Positions 6,371 to 11,784 of a stretch of 11,784 bases of DNA are shown here, one piece after another. Source of the stretch: Deltaproteobacteria bacterium TL4 (GTDB lineage: Bacteria; SAR324; NAC60-12); the NCBI GenBank assembly GCA_051382335.1, contig JBBCAX010000117.1, positions 1 through 11,784 on the forward strand, given 5' to 3'. The notes below the pieces were generated by a model. That model saw only the letters and a program-made list of their open reading frames with translations. It had not been told where the DNA came from and searched no databases. A program made the position numbers and the translations under genes. Numbering within the stretch: position 1 is the first letter of the stretch; every line of letters starts with the position of its first letter.

Positions 6371-9130
6371 ATGCTCGATTCAGGAAAGGTACAACTCAAG
6401 AACTTCATTGCCGCTCCATTGCTTTTAAGCGTTTTTTTGGTATCGCTCTTGGCCGTTATGCTCACACTCTTTCACATGGCCGGAGAATACATACATCAAC
6501 GATACACGGTAATGGATCAATTGAAGTTCGTCCATTTAACTCATCAATCCTCGTTGGAGGTTGTGTCTTTGGAGGCAGATTCAGAACGCTGGCAGTCTAT
6601 TTTGGCAGAGATGTTGGAGCATTCTATTATATCAGGAGTGAAAATTGAGGACCTTCAAGGAAAAGAAATTGCTGCGGTGGGATCTACCGTTGATTGGCCA
6701 TTGAAGCAGGAAGCTGTATTCAATATCAAAAATGGAATGGAATGGTTTGTTTATCAATTCCCTATTACTTCCACACCTCAACCTAAAGGCGAAAACAAAA
6801 CATTCCCACTCTTGGGACGAGGATCTATTTTTTCAAATTCTGCTTCTATTATGCGTCAAATTCAAGTGGGATACGCCGTTATTATGGTGACCTCTCTCAT
6901 CAACGCTTTGATCTTGTTGATCGTGTTTTCAGGCTTAAGGCGAGTTTTTTTAAGCCGATCACTTGCGGGTCTGAGGCGTACAGTCAACAATGTTGCCTTG
7001 GCTCACTTTGGTGGATCACAAGCTTATATAAAACCCCGAGGACAGAATGAATTATTTTTTTTGGAAAATGCGTTCAGACACATGGCTGAGGAGTTGATCC
7101 TCGCAAGAACCCAAGGGAAAGAGTTGGACACGCGACTGACTCAGAGCCGAGACTGCTTGCAGGCAGAAGTTGATAAACGTACAGCGGCGTTGAAAAAAAT
7201 CAGTCAAGAGTTCGAAAGGGAAGTTCTACAGCGTCAACACATAGAGGCAGAATTACAGAAGCATCAAATGGAAAGGAAGGTCCTTTTAAGTGCGATTCCG
7301 GACTTAGTGTTCCGCGTTTCAAAAGAGGGAACTTTTCTAGATCATAATGCAAATTCAGAAAGAGATTTATACATTCCAGCGGATCAAATACTTGGTAATA
7401 ATATTAATGCCATCTTTGCTTCTGAATTAGCAAAGCAAATGCTGAGATGGATTAATGACGCTTTAAACACTCAGGAAATGCAAATCCATGAATATCAATT
7501 ACTTCTATCGCGTGGTCTAAGAGATTATGAGGCACGGATTGTTGTCAGCGATGCCAACGAAGTCTTATGTATTTTGCGGGATATTACAGAGCGGAAAGAA
7601 GCAGAAACTCAGATAAGGAAGTTGTTTCACGCCACGGAACAAAGTTCACTGGGGATTATGATTAGTGATACCAACCATGTAATTGAATATGTCAATTCCC
7701 GGTTTGTGAAAATGACAAGCTATACCGGTTCAGAACTCGTGGGACATCGAGCGTCAGACTATTGTGAGTGGCTACCTAAGGATCCTGAAAATCTTTTAAG
7801 AATGTTGGAATCAGGAAATGCCTATAAAGGGGAGCATTCTACTGAGAAAAAAAGTGAAGGGGTGACTTGGTTTGCGTTTTCAATCGAACCGGTAAAAGAG
7901 TCAAACGGCCGTCTCACTCATTTTGTTGTATTTCTTGAAGACATTACTGAACGTAAAAAAACTGAAGAAAGACACCAGCAGTTAGAAATTCAGTTACGAC
8001 AATCACACAAAATGGAAGCCTTAGGAACACTTGCAGGAGGAATTGCCCATGAATTTAACAACATTCTCGGAGCGATTCTGGGATATAGCAGTGTGCTGTT
8101 AAAACTTTTTCCTCAAGAAAGTAAAGAAAAAAAATATGCAGAAAATATTCGTGAAGCCAGCCATAGAGCGGCTGACCTAATTAGGCAAATTTTGACTTTC
8201 AGCAGAAAAGGTGAAAAACGACAGAGTATTCAAAATATTGCTCCAATCATCAAAGAAGCCTTAAAAATGATTAAAATTACGGTTTCTAGTCATATTGAAA
8301 TCATTGAGCACGTAAAAAATGACTGTGGAGCGATCATGGCGGATGTGACACAGATTCATCAGGTCCTGATGAATCTGTGTATCAATGCGGCACAATCTAT
8401 AGAAGGTGAAAGTGGAACAATAGAAATTAGCTTAAAGGAGGTTTCCCATGAACACACACAAGGCTTATTCCTGGGCGCAAAGGATCAAGAATATCTTGAA
8501 TTAATGATCAAGGATACGGGAAAGGGGATGGCCTCTCATGTGAAGCCTCACATTTTTGAACCGTTTTTTACGACTAAAGAGGTGGGACAAGGTACAGGGT
8601 TGGGGCTTTCCGTAGTTTATGGTATTGTAGAACAACATAGAGGGAAAATTGCATTCACAAGTCAGGAGGGGGTTGGAAGCGCTTTTTTCGTATACTTTCC
8701 TATGGTAACTCAAAAACCCAAACCTTCACCAAAAACAGAGATAGTTCACTTGAGTGGAAGTGGGCATATTATGATTGTTGAGGATGAGCACACTTTGACC
8801 AACTTACATGCGGATTATCTCAGAAGTCTCGGTTATGATGTTACGGTTTTTAATAAAAGTACCCAGGCGTTGGAAGCCTTTTCTTCTAATCCGGAGCAGT
8901 TTGATCTGATCTTTTCTGACATTGCCATGCCTGAGAAATCAGGAAGATCCTTAACTCAGGAAATTTTGAGTATTGCTCCTCATCTTCCAATTATTCTAAC
9001 CACAGGCTATAGCAGCATTATTTCAGAAACCGAAGCCCTTAAAATGGGAGTTCGAAAATTTATGATGAAACCTGTAGACCTCAATGTACTGAGTGAAGTT
9101 ATTGCTGATTGCCTGCGAAAAAATCGTTGA
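6371..9130 (+). CDS. Membrane-bound hybrid sensor histidine kinase (2 TM, HAMP-like, 2 PAS, HisKA, HATPase_c, receiver)
   Basis: Two TM segments; PAS/PAC ends LRDITERK and LEDITERK; H-box LAGGIAHEFNNIL; N-box QVLMNLCINAAQS; DTGKGM; IFEPFFTTKEVGQGTGLGLS; receiver IMIVEDE...DLIFSDIAMP...TTG...KP. GGAG RBS at 6360-6363. Confidence 0.96.
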   Translation: MLDSGKVQLKNFIAAPLLLSVFLVSLLAVMLTLFHMAGEYIHQRYTVMDQLKFVHLTHQSSLEVVSLEADSERWQSILAEMLEHSIISGVKIEDLQGKEIAAVGSTVDWPLKQEAVFNIKNGMEWFVYQFPITSTPQPKGENKTFPLLGRGSIFSNSASIMRQIQVGYAVIMVTSLINALILLIVFSGLRRVFLSRSLAGLRRTVNNVALAHFGGSQAYIKPRGQNELFFLENAFRHMAEELILARTQGKELDTRLTQSRDCLQAEVDKRTAALKKISQEFEREVLQRQHIEAELQKHQMERKVLLSAIPDLVFRVSKEGTFLDHNANSERDLYIPADQILGNNINAIFASELAKQMLRWINDALNTQEMQIHEYQLLLSRGLRDYEARIVVSDANEVLCILRDITERKEAETQIRKLFHATEQSSLGIMISDTNHVIEYVNSRFVKMTSYTGSELVGHRASDYCEWLPKDPENLLRMLESGNAYKGEHSTEKKSEGVTWFAFSIEPVKESNGRLTHFVVFLEDITERKKTEERHQQLEIQLRQSHKMEALGTLAGGIAHEFNNILGAILGYSSVLLKLFPQESKEKKYAENIREASHRAADLIRQILTFSRKGEKRQSIQNIAPIIKEALKMIKITVSSHIEIIEHVKNDCGAIMADVTQIHQVLMNLCINAAQSIEGESGTIEISLKEVSHEHTQGLFLGAKDQEYLELMIKDTGKGMASHVKPHIFEPFFTTKEVGQGTGLGLSVVYGIVEQHRGKIAFTSQEGVGSAFFVYFPMVTQKPKPSPKTEIVHLSGSGHIMIVEDEHTLTNLHADYLRSLGYDVTVFNKSTQALEAFSSNPEQFDLIFSDIAMPEKSGRSLTQEILSIAPHLPIILTTGYSSIISETEALKMGVRKFMMKPVDLNVLSEVIADCLRKNR

Positions 9131-9153
9131 TTTGTTAAAGCTGTTATTTGATT

Positions 9154-10395
9154 TTATAGGGATCCGCCAAACATCACGACTAATTGGAAAAGTCCTACTA
9201 AAAAACCAAGAACGGCTCCTAGCGCGACAAGCTGCCATTCATCCTCCTTGAAGATGGGTCTCATCATTCCTTCAAATTCATCAGGAGTCAAAGCTCCCAG
9301 TTTTGTACGAATGATGTTGTCAATATCCATAGCTTCTGCCGTATAAGCATGGACGTGTCTCATAGTTTCAGGCATATGGGCAACAATACGTTCAACCGCA
9401 TGATCTTTTATATCTCTATAACGTTGGGTTCCGATTGTTAGCGCAATGAACGGTTTTCCTAAACCGACATAAGAGTCAATGCTTCTTTTTACGTTTTTCT
9501 GGATGAGTTTAAATAACTTGTCGGAAGAAGGGCCTTTAATCAGATTTTCAACCACATTTTCAGGGCTCATGATTTCTTTTGCAATCATGTTTCCCATATC
9601 AATGGCGACTTCCTGTCTACGAGCAATGAAGACTCCCTGTATGACAAAAGGACCAATTGTAAACCCCAGAATATTAAAGGGACCCACAACAATAGGGGTT
9701 TTAGGTTCAAAAACCATATTCAGCGCTAACCAATTAGTTGCTGTTCCCACAAAAACACCCACGGCAGGTAAAACCCATGCGCCCTGATAAACCATCCATG
9801 CGAACATTTGAATTAATCCAAACAAAAAGCCAAAGTAGCCTCCTGAATTTTGAATGAATTTGAATTCATTAGCTCCCATTTCTTCAAACAATTTAACCAA
9901 AGTCGCCTTGTCTTTGACAAAAGCATCCATCAACATTGCTCTCAAATCAAAAATATCTTCAATATTGTTTTTGATATCATCCATCATCTCATGGATGATC
10001 TTAGGGGCTCCTTTTTTGACTTGGAGATAAATTTGATCTTTTATTTGGTTTGGAAGCGATTCCCACATTTCTAACGCTTGTACTTTCATGATGTCATTGA
10101 TGATGGTTTCAATCATGGTCAGCAAGGCGGGTTCCATTTCCTCGGTCAAACGGTCAGGATCCATTTTTGCGAAGATTTCTTCCATACTGAGTAATTTGGA
10201 GGTCATCATATCAACTTGCATGGAGGCAATATGAGCCGCTCTACGGGGAATAACCCCCTGCCATCCCAGCCAGGGTTCCTTGATGCCGACGAACTCAAGG
10301 GGATAGGACATCATTTTGATACAAACGACATTGGTGCCCCAACCAACAAAAGCACTCACAATGGGCATGCTTACGTACAGCCAAAAATCTTGCAT
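9154..10395 (-). CDS. DUF445 family membrane protein (long, internally duplicated form)
   Basis: Duplicated motif VGWGTNVVCIKM..P...WQGVIPRR and VGTATNWLALNMVFEP...QGVFIARR; C-terminal EDEWQLVALGAVLGFLVG. ATG at 10395 has an AAGGA RBS (complement of 10401-10405), preferred over 10428. Confidence 0.85.
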   Translation of the reverse strand: MQDFWLYVSMPIVSAFVGWGTNVVCIKMMSYPLEFVGIKEPWLGWQGVIPRRAAHIASMQVDMMTSKLLSMEEIFAKMDPDRLTEEMEPALLTMIETIINDIMKVQALEMWESLPNQIKDQIYLQVKKGAPKIIHEMMDDIKNNIEDIFDLRAMLMDAFVKDKATLVKLFEEMGANEFKFIQNSGGYFGFLFGLIQMFAWMVYQGAWVLPAVGVFVGTATNWLALNMVFEPKTPIVVGPFNILGFTIGPFVIQGVFIARRQEVAIDMGNMIAKEIMSPENVVENLIKGPSSDKLFKLIQKNVKRSIDSYVGLGKPFIALTIGTQRYRDIKDHAVERIVAHMPETMRHVHAYTAEAMDIDNIIRTKLGALTPDEFEGMMRPIFKEDEWQLVALGAVLGFLVGLFQLVVMFGGSL

Positions 10396-10547
10396 GTCAA
10401 TCCTTACTAAAAGTTTACTGAATCCCAATCACATCTTCTGCTGTGAAGTCTTTTATGTTCATAACAAGAATATCATGATTTGGGTAGAGGAGACTTCAAA
10501 TAGATACAATTATTGTAAGGATATCCTGCTTCGCTTGAAAGAGAGCC

Positions 10548-10652
10548 TTATTCCTCATGAACGTCACAAGCTTCACAACCTTTGCTCCAGGCTGAAGACC
10601 CATAGCTAAAGTGCGTTTTTTTCCAAATAGGAATGGTATGTTTGATGGTGTC
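10548..10652 (-). pseudogene. moaE: 3' remnant of molybdopterin synthase catalytic subunit MoaE
   Basis: Manual minus-strand translation DTIKHTIPIWKKTHFSYGSSAWSKGCEACDVHEE* matches the MoaE C-terminal signature (I)DxLKxxVPIWKKExxxDGxxxW. The upstream part is replaced by modA sequence on the opposite strand. Not in the ORF track. Confidence 0.8.
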
Positions 10653-10653
10653 T

Positions 10654-11146
10654 TTGGCTCCAAAAACCCGAATTAATTTGCTTTATAATCGTTTGGTCGT
10701 TATTGCTTCCAGCAACCTGACTTTGGCTCCAATATCATGGAATTCCGCGGAACTGCCGTCTTTATTTAAAAACTATGTTGCCATGGGAGATCCCTCCTAT
10801 GTACCCGCTGGAATATATGCCAAGGAAGCGTTAGAATACTTTCATTGGTGGTCTGCCATTAGTCCGCATGTAATTGCAGCACAGGATGTCCGAGTTGCGT
10901 TAGCCTTTGTCGCGCGGGGTGAGGTTGATGTAGGTATTGTTTATAAAACGGATGCCATGATTTCAAAAAAAAGTTCGTATTCTCGACTATATTCCAGCAC
11001 AAAGCCACTCAACAATCGTTTATCCCATTGCGATAATCGCCAAAAACAACACTTCTTCCGCATACGCTTTTATCCAATTTCTTCAAACGCCTCAAGTTTC
11101 AAAAATGATCCAAACTTTTGGATTTGAAATTCATCCGCCACAATAA
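10654..11146 (+). pseudogene. modA: 5'-truncated and frameshifted molybdate ABC transporter binding protein ModA
   Basis: TRINLLYNRLVVIA, AMGDPSYVPAGIYAKEAL and DVRVALAFVARGEVDVGIVYKTDA match ModA. Removing one A from the A8 run at 10965-10972 restores VRILDYIPAQSHSTIVYPIAII...AYAFIQFLQTPQVSKMIQTFGF to TAA at 11144-11146. The signal peptide and the AASL / SSGxLAxQI N-terminal motifs are absent. Confidence 0.9.
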
Positions 11147-11305
11147 CAACTCCGATTAAATAGCTTGTTTTTATGTCCTAATTGTACTCTAATGAGAACC
11201 GCTTAACGTGCTTTTTGCCTGTTGATCTTATAGATGCCCAAAATAGAAGTGTTAAGCCATTAATCATGTTTCTGGTCATTGAAAAGCTATGTTATAGGAG
11301 TTGAT

Positions 11306-11509
11306 ATGTTTGGATTGGGAATTTGGGAATTAGTCGTCATATTGGGTATTGTCGTTTTGTTATTTGGCGCAAAACGCCTTCCCATGATTGGTGAAGGATT
11401 GGGACAAATGATCACTAATTTCAGGAAATCCACAAAAGCAGATGAGTTAGAACATCAAACGGAAACCAAAGTCATTGACCCTCGAGAAGAAAACAAAGAG
11501 GCCAACTGA
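11306..11509 (+). CDS. tatA: Twin-arginine translocase subunit TatA/TatE
   Basis: [44 protein letters not shown] helix, FG hinge, amphipathic helix; 67 aa; AGGAG RBS at 11296-11300. Confidence 0.95.
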   Translation: MFGLGIWELVVILGIVVLLFGAKRLPMIGEGLGQMITNFRKSTKADELEHQTETKVIDPREENKEAN

Positions 11510-11659
11510 TTTCTAACCTCGACCGTTGACATCCCTAACGTTGATCCCGTAAAGACGTTGATACGCTTATAAGCAATGAACTCCTGTATGAGCCGCCTTG
11601 ATCTCTTCCTCTGTTTCCTTTTTCTGCAATAAATGCTGGATTGAAGTGCTGGTGGGGTT

Positions 11660-11784
11660 TGATTATGGCAGACTAAAAGTACACCCCTTTTGAGGCTTGT
11701 GGCAGTCGAAAAACGCACCCCCTATTACCCAATAACGATCTTCTGATATAATTAAAATTTATCTATTATCAGAGGAGGAAAGGA
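11660..11784 (+). mobile_element. Probable left end of an IS21-family insertion sequence (partial)
   Basis: 5'-TG start followed by two 25-bp imperfect direct repeats (11663-11687 and 11697-11721, 19/25 identical), then a promoter and a strong RBS at the window edge. No transposase sequence is visible, so the family call rests on end architecture only. Confidence 0.5.
11744..11784 (+). promoter_or_regulatory. Extended -10 promoter and RBS for the next gene beyond the window
   Basis: Perfect TGnTATAAT (TGATATAAT, 11744-11752) followed by AGAGGAGGAAAGGA (11771-11784). Confidence 0.6.

Noticed and set aside
5620..10410. Short ORFs at 5620, 6358, 8501, 9023, 9479, 9850 and 10216
   Set aside because: Alternative-frame or antisense shadows of the propeller, kinase and DUF445 genes.
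10316..10609. 97-aa ORF as the missing N-terminal part of ModA
   Set aside because: No signal peptide or convincing AASL/SSGxLAxQI/GAPAD motifs in the plus frames I read; the region is better explained as antisense DUF445, intergenic DNA and antisense moaE.
10633..11127. 164-aa ORF as an intact modA
   Set aside because: It is chimeric: the start comes from antisense moaE and the tail after the A8 run is out of frame.
11201..11257. GCTTAAC...GTTAAGC inverted repeat upstream of tatA as a riboswitch or ModE box
   Set aside because: Only 7-bp arms with a poorly paired interior, and no Moco riboswitch or ModE consensus recognised.
11455..11718. 87-aa minus-strand ORF
   Set aside because: It overlaps the tatA 3' end, starts inside the putative IS repeats and matches no family I recognise.
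11663..11721. TGGCA-containing repeats as sigma54 promoters or a CRISPR array
   Set aside because: GG to GC spacing is 12 rather than 10 in the second copy and the GC is absent in the first; two imperfect copies with a 9-bp gap do not fit CRISPR.

Overview
Bacterial chromosomal window, moderately AT-rich. In order: 3' end of an unknown CDS; a PIN-PhoH (PhoH2/YlaK-like) gene on the minus strand; divergently, a tight operon of an atypical ClpX-family AAA+ ATPase, a TerB-fold protein and an AI-2E permease; a 7-repeat beta-propeller putative lipoprotein followed by a membrane hybrid histidine kinase (HAMP-like, 2 PAS, HisKA, HATPase, REC); a convergent DUF445 gene; a decayed molybdenum locus; tatA; and a probable IS21-family left end at the right edge. 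Main observations not in the ORF track: (1) a moaE 3' remnant on the minus strand abuts a 5'-truncated, frameshifted modA, which looks like a deletion scar in a Mo uptake/cofactor locus; (2) the ClpX paralog lacks the zinc-binding domain, has altered substrate loops, keeps the IGF loop and appears to carry a second degenerate small AAA subdomain, and sits with a TerB-like gene, making it the best candidate here for an undescribed system; (3) IS21-like terminal repeats at 11660-11721. All family calls come from motif recognition by eye; no searches were run.
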